From NCBI GenBank assembly GCA_016234805.1, contig JACRNU010000055.1:14039-78038 (forward strand): a stretch of 64,000 bases of DNA. Direction: 5' to 3'. Origin of the DNA: Elusimicrobiota bacterium. GTDB taxonomy: Bacteria > Elusimicrobiota > Elusimicrobia > UBA1565 > UBA9628. Below, one piece after another: positions 36,455 to 45,665 of this stretch (position 1 is the first letter of the stretch; every line of letters begins with the position of its first letter). The notes under the pieces were generated by a model. That model ran no database searches. It saw only the letters and a list, made by a program, of their open reading frames with translations, and was not told the origin of the DNA. The position numbers and the translations under genes are program-made.

Positions 36455-37678
36455 TCAGGACAGCTTCGGGAAGGAGGACGCGATCCGGCGGGCGCAGGCC
36501 TTCGAGACGCCGGCCCGGGAGGCAACGACGGCCCAACGGCCGACGGAGGCTCGGACCTCTTCGATGATGGCGAGGGCCTGGGGCTTGGACACGCCGGCGG
36601 CCTCGGCCAGGCGGAGGAGGTGCGCCCTGTCGGGATTCTTTCCCTCTCCGGCGAGCGTCATCGAATGCTCGCCGCCGGGGCCGGAGGCGTAGGACAGGTC
36701 GTAGGCGGGAGAAAGCGTCCAGTCTCCGCTCGCGGAGTCCATGAGGAACGCGAAGTTCTTCACGTGGTCGTCCCGGTTATGGGCCGCAACATTGAACACC
36801 CCCCTTCGAAAGGCCCGAAGGACGGCCTGGTGATCGCGCGTCAACACCGAGGCCGCCTTGAAGAGGTCGGCGTAATCGGCCGACGGGACGCGAAAATCAG
36901 CCTGAATGAGATTGCCGAAGGTATGGACATGGATCCGCCGGCTGCGGTCGCGGTCGAACCGCTTGACCCCGAAGAAGAGCTCCCCGGCGGAAGTCTCGAA
37001 AAGACGCGTCGGAGGCATGTCGATGCCGGCCGCGAAGGCCATGAGGCCGTAGGCGTATTCGACCGGCCCGGCGTCGGGCATGTCTTTCTTGGCCGCGAAC
37101 TTGACGATCCAATGTTCGAATCCTTCCGGCAGGTCGTCCTCGCCGGAGAGGAGGCGGTCCCCATGCACGCCGACCAGCACCTTGGGCCGGGCGCCTCCCG
37201 GAGAGCCGCCCGCCCGCAGGAGCTGGGGCAGCACGTCTACGGCGGCGCCGGAGAGGATCTCTTGAGACCGGCGGGCGAGGTCGTGCAAATCGAAGGCTCC
37301 GGCGCCGGAGTCCCCCTGCTCGGTTGGAGGGTGGTAGGTCAGCGCGCCCATCGTCTTCGTGCCCAGCCATGAAAGACGGTCCAAGGGGCTGACAACGGCC
37401 GGGTCCATGCCCCTTGAACGGAGATGCCGGTCCATGAGCAGCAAGCCCCAGCCATCGGGCAAGGAGTCGTCGAAAAGCCCCGGCAGCGGCCCGAAGGCAT
37501 GGTCCGCATGCTCGAAGAGCCCCGCCTGGAAAGGCAGGCGGAAGGGCGAGAGATTCAACCCCGAGGCGAGGAACCCGGGCGCGTACTCGAAATAGACCCG
37601 TCTTCGCTCCTCGGCCAGGGCGCCGACGAAGAGCGGCTCGCCTGGGCCGGCCGCGAGTCGAACCTGGAGCTTCTTCAG
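36455..37678 (-). CDS. hipA: HipA-family kinase toxin (probable CTG start)
   Basis: DSLPDGWG, GGARPK, WIVKF, VKRFDR, HNRDDHVKNF, LSPAYD; N-terminal HipA-type sequence extends to CTG 37678. Confidence 0.92.
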   Translation of the reverse strand: MKKLQVRLAAGPGEPLFVGALAEERRRVYFEYAPGFLASGLNLSPFRLPFQAGLFEHADHAFGPLPGLFDDSLPDGWGLLLMDRHLRSRGMDPAVVSPLDRLSWLGTKTMGALTYHPPTEQGDSGAGAFDLHDLARRSQEILSGAAVDVLPQLLRAGGSPGGARPKVLVGVHGDRLLSGEDDLPEGFEHWIVKFAAKKDMPDAGPVEYAYGLMAFAAGIDMPPTRLFETSAGELFFGVKRFDRDRSRRIHVHTFGNLIQADFRVPSADYADLFKAASVLTRDHQAVLRAFRRGVFNVAAHNRDDHVKNFAFLMDSASGDWTLSPAYDLSYASGPGGEHSMTLAGEGKNPDRAHLLRLAEAAGVSKPQALAIIEEVRASVGRWAVVASRAGVSKACARRIASSFPKLS

Positions 37679-37986
37679 ACCCGGCCTCTCTTGCGGGTCG
37701 GCGCTGCGGCGCGCTCATCGAGTTCCGCGAGGCTCCGCGCCGCGGGCGGCTGGAACAGCCCGCCGAATTCCTCCAGGCGGGCCAAGGCGTGCGCGGCCTT
37801 GAGGACCAGCTCCAGTGAGGCCTTGCCCGCGTTCTCGAACCGCTTGAGGGACGCGGCCGAGATGCCGGAGCGTTTCGCCATGGTTTGCCGAGTCCAGCCT
37901 TTGAGCAGCCGAAGCGCGCGCATGCGCTCAGCCAGAGCCTTGCCCATCTCAGCGGGCGCCATCGGCAACAGGGTCATCGCGCTCAT
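37675..37986 (-). CDS. XRE-family HTH antitoxin (HipB-like)
   Basis: RALRLLKGWTRQTMAKRSGIS..LKRFE; overlaps hipA start; TTGACT-17nt-TACAAT promoter upstream. Confidence 0.85.
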   Translation of the reverse strand: MSAMTLLPMAPAEMGKALAERMRALRLLKGWTRQTMAKRSGISAASLKRFENAGKASLELVLKAAHALARLEEFGGLFQPPAARSLAELDERAAAPTRKRGRV

Positions 37987-38162
37987 CCTTTGAGTGTATT
38001 GTATATGATGAATCAATAAAAGTCAATATGTTGTCTGTTGATAGGATTATTTCCATATTACAGATAATCAATTGTCTACTATTATTTGACCAGCGTGCCT
38101 GATCGAACTCGGGCGCCTTCGGCTCGGCTCAGTCGGAGAGGACGGCGCTCCATCTCGGCGGT

Positions 38163-39287
38163 TCAGGGAGGAGGCAGCCTCAGCCAGAAGGTGCTGCCCT
38201 CGCCGGGCGTGCTCTCCACGCTCACGCTGCCGCCGTGGGCCTCCGCGATCCTCTTGACCAGGGCCAGGCCCAGGCCCAGGCCGCGGACCTTGCGGGTCAT
38301 GAAGTCCGCGATCTGGTAGAAGGCGTCGAAGATGGTGAGCCTCTGGTCCAAGGGCACGCCTTCGCCGGTGTCCTTGACCGCGAACTCGACCCCGGTCGGG
38401 GAGGACTGGACCACGATGTCCACGGAGCCGTTCTGCTTGTTGAACCGGATGGCGTTCAAGACCAGGTGGCGCAGGGCCTTGGCCAGGAGCTCCCGATCGG
38501 CCATGACGTGCGCGGGCTCGCCTGCCATGAAGGCCGTGACCTTGATGCCGCGGGCCTTCCACTCGGGCCCGGTCTCCTCCACCACCCGCTGGACCAGGGG
38601 AGCGACCTCCACATCGGTCTTCTCCACGTCGAGGCCGGGGTCCTGGATCTCGGCGAAGCTCACGATGTCTTCCACGACCTCGCGCAGGCGGCGTGCTCCG
38701 TCCATGGCGGTCTTGAGCTTCTCGGCCGAGCACTGGGGGTCGGCCTGGTTCTTGACCGCGGCTTCGATGCAGCCGAGGATCTGGGCCATGGGGGTGCGCA
38801 GTTCGTGGCTGACTCGGCAGATGAAGCCTTCCTTGAGCTGCTCCATCCTTTTGAGCTCCTGATAGGCGGCCTGCAGCTCCTCCCGGAGGTGGCGTTCCGT
38901 GGCGAGCTCTTCCTTGGTGGCGCGGGCCTCGACGCAGCGGCGCACCACGGTGCGCAGCTCATCCTTGGTCACGGGCTTGCGGATGTAGTCGTAAGCCCCC
39001 TCCTTGACCGCGGCGATGGCGGTGTCCAGGGAAGGCGCGCCTGTCATGAGGATGACGTCCGTGGAGGGCGAGCGGGTCTTGACCCCGCGGATGAGCTCGA
39101 TGCCGGACATGCCCGGCATCATGAGGTCGGTCAGGACGATGTCGTAGTGGGCGATGAGCTTATCGAGCGCCTGCGCGCCGGATGAGGCCTCCTCCACGGG
39201 ATAGCCCTCTCCCCGGAGGATCTTGGCGCACATGAAGAGGAGGTCCGCGTCGTCGTCGACCACCAGGATGGTCTGGTTGCGCGCCAT
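38163..39287 (-). CDS. Hybrid REC-histidine kinase
   Basis: VVDDD, TDLMMP, HELRTP, NAIRF, GLGLGL. Confidence 0.93.
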   Translation of the reverse strand: MARNQTILVVDDDADLLFMCAKILRGEGYPVEEASSGAQALDKLIAHYDIVLTDLMMPGMSGIELIRGVKTRSPSTDVILMTGAPSLDTAIAAVKEGAYDYIRKPVTKDELRTVVRRCVEARATKEELATERHLREELQAAYQELKRMEQLKEGFICRVSHELRTPMAQILGCIEAAVKNQADPQCSAEKLKTAMDGARRLREVVEDIVSFAEIQDPGLDVEKTDVEVAPLVQRVVEETGPEWKARGIKVTAFMAGEPAHVMADRELLAKALRHLVLNAIRFNKQNGSVDIVVQSSPTGVEFAVKDTGEGVPLDQRLTIFDAFYQIADFMTRKVRGLGLGLALVKRIAEAHGGSVSVESTPGEGSTFWLRLPPP

Positions 39288-39360
39288 GGGGCATATTTAA
39301 CGCCTCTTGAACGATGAATGCAAGCCACTTTGGTATAATCCCGCGCTTGGAAACCACACG

Positions 39361-40785
39361 ATGAGCTTGCCTTTTGCCGAGATCGGAAGGGTCCTTGGTC
39401 CCGCCCGGGTGCTCGAGGACGAGCCCACGAGGCTCGCCGCGAGCCGGGATTCCTGGCCCCAGGCCCTGGGCTGGGGCCCTGAGGAGCTTTCCCGCCGCAG
39501 GCCCGCTGCCGTGCTCAAGCCCCGCGACGAGAAGGGCGTGGCCGCGGTCCTGGCCTGGGCCTCGGCCGAGAAGCGCGGGATCATGCCCAGGGGCGCCGGC
39601 TCGGGCGTGCTGGGCGCGGCCGTGCCCCCGGGCCCTGAATCCGTGGTGCTCGACGCCTCCAGTCTCGACGAGAAATTCGAGCTCGACCTCAGGCCGGACC
39701 GGCCCTCGGTCGCGTGCGGGGCCGGGATGCTCGGCTCGAACCTCGAGTCCAGGCTCCAGGCCAAGGGCTGGTCGCTCATGCATTTTCCCCAGTCCATGGA
39801 GGACTCGACCGCCGGAGGCTGGATCGCGACCGACTCCTTCGGCCAGCTCTCCACGCGCTACGGAGGGATCGCGGACCAGGCCCTGTGGGTCAAGGCCGCG
39901 CTCCCGGACGGGAGCTTCCGCGCCGAGGAAGCCGCCCCCCACATCGGAGCCGAGGGGACCCTGGGCGTGCTCACCGAGGTCTGCCTAGCCATCCGGCCCG
40001 CTGCCCGGTCGCGGAGCTTCCATGCCTTCCGGTTCCGGAAACTCCGCGAAGCGCTTGATTTCTGCCGAACCAGCATGGACCAGCCGGTCCCTCCCTCGGT
40101 CCTGCGGCTCTATTGCCCGGTGGACTCGTTCTTCAACGGCCTGCGCCGCGGCCGAGGCACGGGGGGGTCATCCTCCCTTCTCGAGACAGCGCAAAGCGCG
40201 GCCCTCAGGCGCCTGGGCCTGCTGTACGCCCTCTCCCCCCTCATCGGCAGGCATTGGATCTGCGTGGCCATCTACGAGGATGAGCCCGGGTTCGCGGGCG
40301 GCGCCCCGGCTCCAGCCCCCCGCGGCTCCGGACTCGGGGACGGCCCGGCCATGAGGTGGTGGGAGAAGCGCTATCACCTGGACCGCGAGAAGCTCGAGCG
40401 CGCGTTCCTCCGAGGGTGCTTCGCGGACACGGTGGATTTTTGGGCCCCGTGGGAGGGCCTCGCGGGCCTGCATGCCGGGGTCCTCGCGGCTCTCAGGCCC
40501 CATGCCTTCGCGTTCGCGCACCTCTCCCACTTCGACCGCAGCGGCGCCTGCCTCTATGTCACGCTCGCCGGCACAGGGGCGGACAGCCACCTTCGCGCCT
40601 GGCAGGCGGCCATGGACGCGTGCGTCCGGGCCGGGGGCCGGGTCAATCACCACCACGGCGTGGGCTTGGCCAAGCTGCCCTGGCTCAAATGGGCCAAGAC
40701 CGAGGAATGGCTCTCACGCTGGCAGGCGGAGAAGAAAAGGCGGGACCCTGGGAACATGTTCAACGCGGGCAAGCTATGCCGATAG
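39361..40785 (+). CDS. VAO/PCMH FAD oxidoreductase, alkyl-DHAP synthase-like
   Basis: RGAGSGVLG, HFPQSMEDSTAGGWIAT..GQLSTRYG, GAEGTLGV, HLSH, HHHGVG. Confidence 0.85.
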   Translation: MSLPFAEIGRVLGPARVLEDEPTRLAASRDSWPQALGWGPEELSRRRPAAVLKPRDEKGVAAVLAWASAEKRGIMPRGAGSGVLGAAVPPGPESVVLDASSLDEKFELDLRPDRPSVACGAGMLGSNLESRLQAKGWSLMHFPQSMEDSTAGGWIATDSFGQLSTRYGGIADQALWVKAALPDGSFRAEEAAPHIGAEGTLGVLTEVCLAIRPAARSRSFHAFRFRKLREALDFCRTSMDQPVPPSVLRLYCPVDSFFNGLRRGRGTGGSSSLLETAQSAALRRLGLLYALSPLIGRHWICVAIYEDEPGFAGGAPAPAPRGSGLGDGPAMRWWEKRYHLDREKLERAFLRGCFADTVDFWAPWEGLAGLHAGVLAALRPHAFAFAHLSHFDRSGACLYVTLAGTGADSHLRAWQAAMDACVRAGGRVNHHHGVGLAKLPWLKWAKTEEWLSRWQAEKKRRDPGNMFNAGKLCR

Positions 40786-41564
40786 GAAGGTTCCTGTTGT
40801 TCGCGCACCGGGGCGCCAAGATCACGGCCCCGGAGAACACCCTCGAAGCCATCGAGTCCGCGAAAGCCGAGGGCGCGGACGGCATCGAGCTCGACGTCCA
40901 ACTGAGCGCCGACGGCCAGCCCTTCCTCTTCCATGACCGGACCGGAGAGCGGGTGGCCGGGACCAAGGCTGCCATGAGCAGTTTGACCTGGAAGGAGATC
41001 CGGGGCCTGCGGGCCTTTGGCAAGCATCCCATCCCTCACCTGGACGAGGCCCTCAGCGCCATGGAAGCATGGAAAGGCAGCCAACTCTTCCTCGATCTTC
41101 ACCAGCGCTCCGAAGAGCTGGCCGTGGCCGTGGCCGGCTCGGTCTCGGTCTCAACTCTAAAGGAAAGGACCTGCATCCTCGACTTCTACTCCAACCGCCG
41201 CTTCCTGCTCCTCGCTGCCCGGGCCGCGCCGGGCATCCAGATCGCTGTCATGCCTGGCTCGCCCTGGAACACGGATGCCTCCACTGCTCTAGGGGCCTCG
41301 GCCCTCTGCCTGGGCTGGGACCGTCCCTCGACCAAGGTGCTCTACCAGGCCGCCTGTTGGGCCTACGAAATCAAGCCTGCCCTGACCCGCGCCAGGCAGA
41401 TGGGGCTTTCGCTGAGCGCCGGCGTGGCCAACACCCCGGAGGAAGTCCGCTATTTCATCGGCCAAGGCTTCGAAGCCTTCTGGACCGATGACCTCCGCAT
41501 GGCCCGCTCCACCCTCGAAGCCGTCCCTCCCGGCACCGGAAGGAGCGCCGGCGGACGATCATAG
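40776..41564 (+). CDS. Glycerophosphodiester phosphodiesterase (GDPD)
   Basis: AHRGA..APENTL, IELDV, HD, WTDD. Confidence 0.9.
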   Translation: MPIGRFLLFAHRGAKITAPENTLEAIESAKAEGADGIELDVQLSADGQPFLFHDRTGERVAGTKAAMSSLTWKEIRGLRAFGKHPIPHLDEALSAMEAWKGSQLFLDLHQRSEELAVAVAGSVSVSTLKERTCILDFYSNRRFLLLAARAAPGIQIAVMPGSPWNTDASTALGASALCLGWDRPSTKVLYQAACWAYEIKPALTRARQMGLSLSAGVANTPEEVRYFIGQGFEAFWTDDLRMARSTLEAVPPGTGRSAGGRS

Positions 41565-42254
41565 GCTGTCGGACTTTTCCAGCTCAGAGTAGCGGCCCGG
41601 ATACCGGGCCTTGAACCGGTTCAGCAGGGACTGCCGAAGGGCCTTCCAATCGGATGCTTTCTTCCCGAGTTTCCTGCGCGTGGAGTCCCAGGAGAGGAAG
41701 GCTCGGATGGCGCGCTGGTCGCCCTCTCCGATGGCGCTCAAGGGCTTGGCCGCCATCCGGCTGACGCAGAGCTTCCAGACATCCGCCTCCACTTGCCATA
41801 TCAACGGTTCCTTAAAAAACTCGGGGTGGTCCTGATTGAGGGACGCGATCGCGGCTTCCTTGTCAGGAACATCCCTGCCCTCAGGCTCGGCGTAACGATG
41901 GTTCAGGGCCCGGGCCGGAGTGTGGCAGCGGCCGCAGCGGCTGAGCACGAGGCTGTAGCCCCCGCGCTCGGCGTCTGGGAGCTGGCCTGGAGCCAAGCCG
42001 ATGTTCCGGGGGCCGAGGTCCGCCGGGTAGGCCGGCGACGGTCGGGAGAACCGGCCTAGCGCCGCCTCCGAAGCCTTGGATGCGGCCGGACGCTCGGGCC
42101 CGTCCGCAGGTGCGGGCGAGGACGTTCTCCGATCGCCCTGTGCCGGCGGACGCTCGGGCCCGTCCGCAGGTGCGGGCGAGCATCCGACGCCCAGTACTGA
42201 CAGGTACATCCAGGCCGCGAGCGCGGCCCTGGGCTTGGCAGCATTCCCCTTCAT
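41559..42254 (-). CDS. Mono-heme c-type cytochrome lipoprotein
   Basis: GVGC lipobox; CGRCH heme motif; RMAAKP as candidate distal Met. Confidence 0.7.
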   Translation of the reverse strand: MKGNAAKPRAALAAWMYLSVLGVGCSPAPADGPERPPAQGDRRTSSPAPADGPERPAASKASEAALGRFSRPSPAYPADLGPRNIGLAPGQLPDAERGGYSLVLSRCGRCHTPARALNHRYAEPEGRDVPDKEAAIASLNQDHPEFFKEPLIWQVEADVWKLCVSRMAAKPLSAIGEGDQRAIRAFLSWDSTRRKLGKKASDWKALRQSLLNRFKARYPGRYSELEKSDSL

Positions 42255-43306
42255 GGCTTCAGGCCGCAGGCCTCTTCAGACTTGCCTGCTGTCGGGGTCC
42301 CGGAGCAGGCTCCGGGATCCTGGCCCCCTGACGAACTCTTGCGCAGGAGCGCCTTCAACGCGTCCACGCGCTTGGGATCGGTCCCTGGGAAGCGCCGCAT
42401 GTCCGAGAGCCTGGCTCCCATGGAAGCGGCTTCCTTGACCCAGGCCGCGATGAGAGGGTGCGGCATGATGGTCTTGGGCTCCATGGTGTATGCCAGGCCT
42501 TTGAGGTCGCGGTCTATCGCTTTCAATCCATCCCAGGCCAGGGCGAAGGGAACGACGAGGACCTTGCCCTCCGAGCCCGCGCGGCCCACCAGGCTGCGCA
42601 AGGATGAGACCGCCCTGGCCCGTTCCATGGCCGTGCCGTCCTCCCGAACCACAGCGTACCGCACCGCTCTATAGCCAACCCCGCGGCGCAGGGTCCCAGC
42701 CGCGGACTTGAGGGCCCGGTCCAGGCTCTTGCGGGCGCGGACGTTCTCCGATCGCCCTGTGCCGGCGGACGCTTGGGCCCGTCCGCCGGTGCGGCCGCGG
42801 CCGTCTCCGGGATCAGGGGCCACGAGGATCACCGTTTCTCGGCGGGGTTCCTTGCTCAAGCCCCGGAGCCGTTCCGTGAGGATCGCCGCGAGGTAAGCAT
42901 GGTCCTCCATGGGAGGAACAGCGGTCACGGGCACCGCGACCTTCAGGGGAGGAGGGCACGCGCCCGAAGCATCGCAGGGCGGTTTCTCAGCCCCGCGGAA
43001 TCCCAGGAACGCCTTGACCGCATCCGCCTCCCTGGTGTCGGACGACAGCGAGAGGGGCACGACCACGATCTTGGCCGGCCTCCGGGCTTGGAGCCGTTCC
43101 ACGGCGAAGCGAACTTCCGCCGCGTCGGACGCGGAGTGAACCGCTTCCAAGGGGAAGTCTCTGCCCACGGCCTCCTTGAGCGCCGAGGTCTCGCGGCTCA
43201 TGGCTTTTCCGCCAGGCGCAACGAGGAGAACCCCATAAGCCGGAGCAGGGTCCAGGGCCCAACAGGAGGACGCGAGCAGCGCCAGCAAGGATGCGGCAAT
43301 CATCAT
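42251..43306 (-). CDS. Secreted CbiX/SirB-like chelatase-fold protein
   Basis: GVLLVAPGG, KIVVVPL, DHAYLAAIL, VLVVPF, PHPLIAAWV; N-terminal signal peptide. Confidence 0.6.
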   Translation of the reverse strand: MMIAASLLALLASSCWALDPAPAYGVLLVAPGGKAMSRETSALKEAVGRDFPLEAVHSASDAAEVRFAVERLQARRPAKIVVVPLSLSSDTREADAVKAFLGFRGAEKPPCDASGACPPPLKVAVPVTAVPPMEDHAYLAAILTERLRGLSKEPRRETVILVAPDPGDGRGRTGGRAQASAGTGRSENVRARKSLDRALKSAAGTLRRGVGYRAVRYAVVREDGTAMERARAVSSLRSLVGRAGSEGKVLVVPFALAWDGLKAIDRDLKGLAYTMEPKTIMPHPLIAAWVKEAASMGARLSDMRRFPGTDPKRVDALKALLRKSSSGGQDPGACSGTPTAGKSEEACGLKP

Positions 43307-43308
43307 GG

Positions 43309-43986
43309 CTAGCCGACGAGTTCGTACCCGTCCGCCGCGGTCTGGATGCGTTTGCCCTCAGCCTCCCCAAGGTCCTCGCGCAGGCGCTGCATGGTCTTCT
43401 CGAGCGCGCTGACCCCGCCGGTGGGACCCCACACCGCCAGGAGTATCTTGGCTTTGGGCACAGGCCCGGCTGATTCGATGAGCAGCCGGAGCACCGCGGC
43501 CTTCTGCGGGGAGAGGGTGGCGAGGAGCTTGTCCGCGACCCAAACGGTCCGGTAGCGCACATCCAGGCGCACGCTCCCTTTCTGCACGCTCTCCGCGGAC
43601 GAGGACACGGACGGCACCTTGGCCAGGGTCCGGGCCGCGAGCCTGATGAGTTCTCTGAGTTCGAAAGGCTTGCGCAGGTATTCGACCGCGCCGTGGGCTT
43701 TGATGGTCTCCTCGAGCATGCCGGGCTTGTCCCCGTGTCCTGTGACCACGATGACCGGGATGCGGCGGGCCACAGGGTGAGCCGTCATCTTCTTGAGCAC
43801 ATCCGCGCCATTGAGGACCGGGAGCATGAGGTCCAGGACCACGAGATCCGGGTGAAGGGAGAGGATCTTCTCGTAGCCTTCCTGGCCGTTGAAGGCGTAG
43901 TGCGCTTCATAGCCTTCCTTGAAGAAGGCCAGGCTCATGAGTTCCATGAGCGCGCCATCGTCTTCAACGATGAGGATGCGTGCCAT
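43309..43986 (-). CDS. OmpR-family response regulator
   Basis: LIVEDD, LDLMLP, YLRKPF, C-terminal wHTH. Confidence 0.9.
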   Translation of the reverse strand: MARILIVEDDGALMELMSLAFFKEGYEAHYAFNGQEGYEKILSLHPDLVVLDLMLPVLNGADVLKKMTAHPVARRIPVIVVTGHGDKPGMLEETIKAHGAVEYLRKPFELRELIRLAARTLAKVPSVSSSAESVQKGSVRLDVRYRTVWVADKLLATLSPQKAAVLRLLIESAGPVPKAKILLAVWGPTGGVSALEKTMQRLREDLGEAEGKRIQTAADGYELVG

Positions 43987-44222
43987 GGCTATACAATAGA
44001 AAATATGACCGACCCTACGCGAGGAAATGCCGCCTCCATAAGCCGTCGGAAAGCGGCCGTCCATCGCTGTGGGAGGCGACCATGGGGCGTTTACTCAAAT
44101 TTTACTGAAGGCCCTTTGGCCTGACAATTCCTGACATCCAAAACCTTGATTAACCGGGCCAAAGGGTTATGATTGTAGTAACACCCCGTGGAATGGAGGC
44201 TTGTCCATAGGGGGAGGGATTT

Positions 44223-45497
44223 ATGAAAACCATTGGAACGGTTTGCCTGACAATCCTCGGCGCCATGACCCAGGCAGCCTGGGCGGCCGAAACCGTCAAC
44301 TGGCAGGTCACGGTGAGCGCCATGGAAGAGATCTCCACCCAGGCGTGGCAGGAGTACCCTGTGACCGTGGGCCTCAACAGTTCCGGCGGGGTCAAGAACT
44401 ACGCCCCCCCCCAAGGCACCACGCGCATCGACATCACCGTGGCCTTCCCCATCACCGCGTCCTGCACGAACTGCGGGGAGAGCTTCAGCGGTATCCCGCA
44501 CACCTACCCTTATTACGCCGTGTGGTACACCTACCTCGGCGGTGACATGCATAGGGTTCAGGTCTTCGGCGGGAACGTGGGTGGGGCGCTCTTGCGGGAG
44601 TCCGTCTTCTCACGGTACTGCCCCAACGGCTACCGCCAGATGTCCGTGATGTTCGACGCCCTGGTGACCTCCAAGGTCCAAGAACCCAGGGCCGCGAATG
44701 CGGTCGGGACTCTCGTGGGCGGCCAGGGCGAGGTCCTTTCCGCTCCCTGGCAGGCCGCCCCGCAGGCCATCAACGGAGGCACGCTCACCGGATACACCGC
44801 TTCCGTGGCGGGCGACAATCCCAAGGTCGAGATGAGCCTGACGGTCAGCGACAACATCTCCGGGACCGTGACCGCCAAGTTCCCGGCCTGCATCCCCGCT
44901 CCCGAGCTCTGCGACGGGGTGGATAATGACTGCGACGGCGACATCGACGAGGACCAGGGCGTGGCCCAGTGCGGAGCCGGCGCGTGCGCCAACTCGGTGC
45001 CGGCCTGCGTGGACGGCAAGCTCAATGCCTGCGCGCCCCTGCCGGCCTCGTCCGAAGTCTGCGACGGCGTGGACAACAACTGCGACGGCGCGGTGGACGA
45101 GGGGCTCGGGTCCGTATCCTGCGGCTCGGGCTTGTGCGCCAACACGGTGTCCGCCTGCGTCGGCGGATCCTCGCAGTCCTGCTCGCCGCTCCCGGGCTCG
45201 GCCGAAGCCTGCGACGGCATCGACAATGATTGCGACGGAGTGGTGGACAATGGATGTCCGAGAGGCATCCTCAACATCCTTGAACACTTCACCAACAAGG
45301 CGCTGCCGCCCGGCATCCAGAGGCTCATCGACAAGGTGAACTCCCGCGCCAACGCGGGGATCGCGCCCACGAGCGCGCTGGAGAACCGGGTCGACAAGGT
45401 CAACGACCGCCTCGACCAGCAGGCGGAGAAGAAGGCAGAGCAGGAGGCCAAGCAGGCTGCGCAGCAGGCCAAGCAGAACCAGAAGAAGAGCAAGTAG
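44223..45497 (+). CDS. Secreted protein with MopE-like (ExCDGxDNxCDG) metal-binding repeats
   Basis: Three Cys-rich repeats ELCDGVDNDCDG/EVCDGVDNNCDG/EACDGIDNDCDG; GGAGG RBS. Confidence 0.8.
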   Translation: MKTIGTVCLTILGAMTQAAWAAETVNWQVTVSAMEEISTQAWQEYPVTVGLNSSGGVKNYAPPQGTTRIDITVAFPITASCTNCGESFSGIPHTYPYYAVWYTYLGGDMHRVQVFGGNVGGALLRESVFSRYCPNGYRQMSVMFDALVTSKVQEPRAANAVGTLVGGQGEVLSAPWQAAPQAINGGTLTGYTASVAGDNPKVEMSLTVSDNISGTVTAKFPACIPAPELCDGVDNDCDGDIDEDQGVAQCGAGACANSVPACVDGKLNACAPLPASSEVCDGVDNNCDGAVDEGLGSVSCGSGLCANTVSACVGGSSQSCSPLPGSAEACDGIDNDCDGVVDNGCPRGILNILEHFTNKALPPGIQRLIDKVNSRANAGIAPTSALENRVDKVNDRLDQQAEKKAEQEAKQAAQQAKQNQKKSK

Positions 45498-45520
45498 CCG
45501 TGTGACAGGCACCATAGGCA

Positions 45521-45552
45521 CGCGCCGCTCCGAGGGAGCGGCGCGGCGATTT
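45521..45552 (+). terminator. Probable intrinsic terminator
   Basis: CGCGCCGCTCC-GAG-GGAGCGGCGCG hairpin after stop; weak U tract. Confidence 0.55.
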
Positions 45553-45665
45553 CCCGGCCAAGTGGGCCTTTAGACCCATCCAAGTCTGGGCCTTCCGGCC
45601 CTTTTCCGGGCCATAAGTCCTAGTACAATAGTCGCGTGGATCAATCCCGCCGAGGAGGCACCCCG

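Noticed and set aside
32946-38016. Prophage or diversity-generating retroelement around the fibre gene
   Set aside because: The fibre has a signal peptide; no capsid, terminase, integrase, reverse transcriptase or TR/VR pair is present
42087-42180. 34-bp direct repeat with 26-bp spacer as a mini-CRISPR
   Set aside because: Only two units, inside a coding region, the 'spacer' is itself repeated at ~42740, and there are no cas genes
44900-45260. DNA repeats in the MopE-like gene
   Set aside because: Explained by in-frame protein repeats with synonymous divergence
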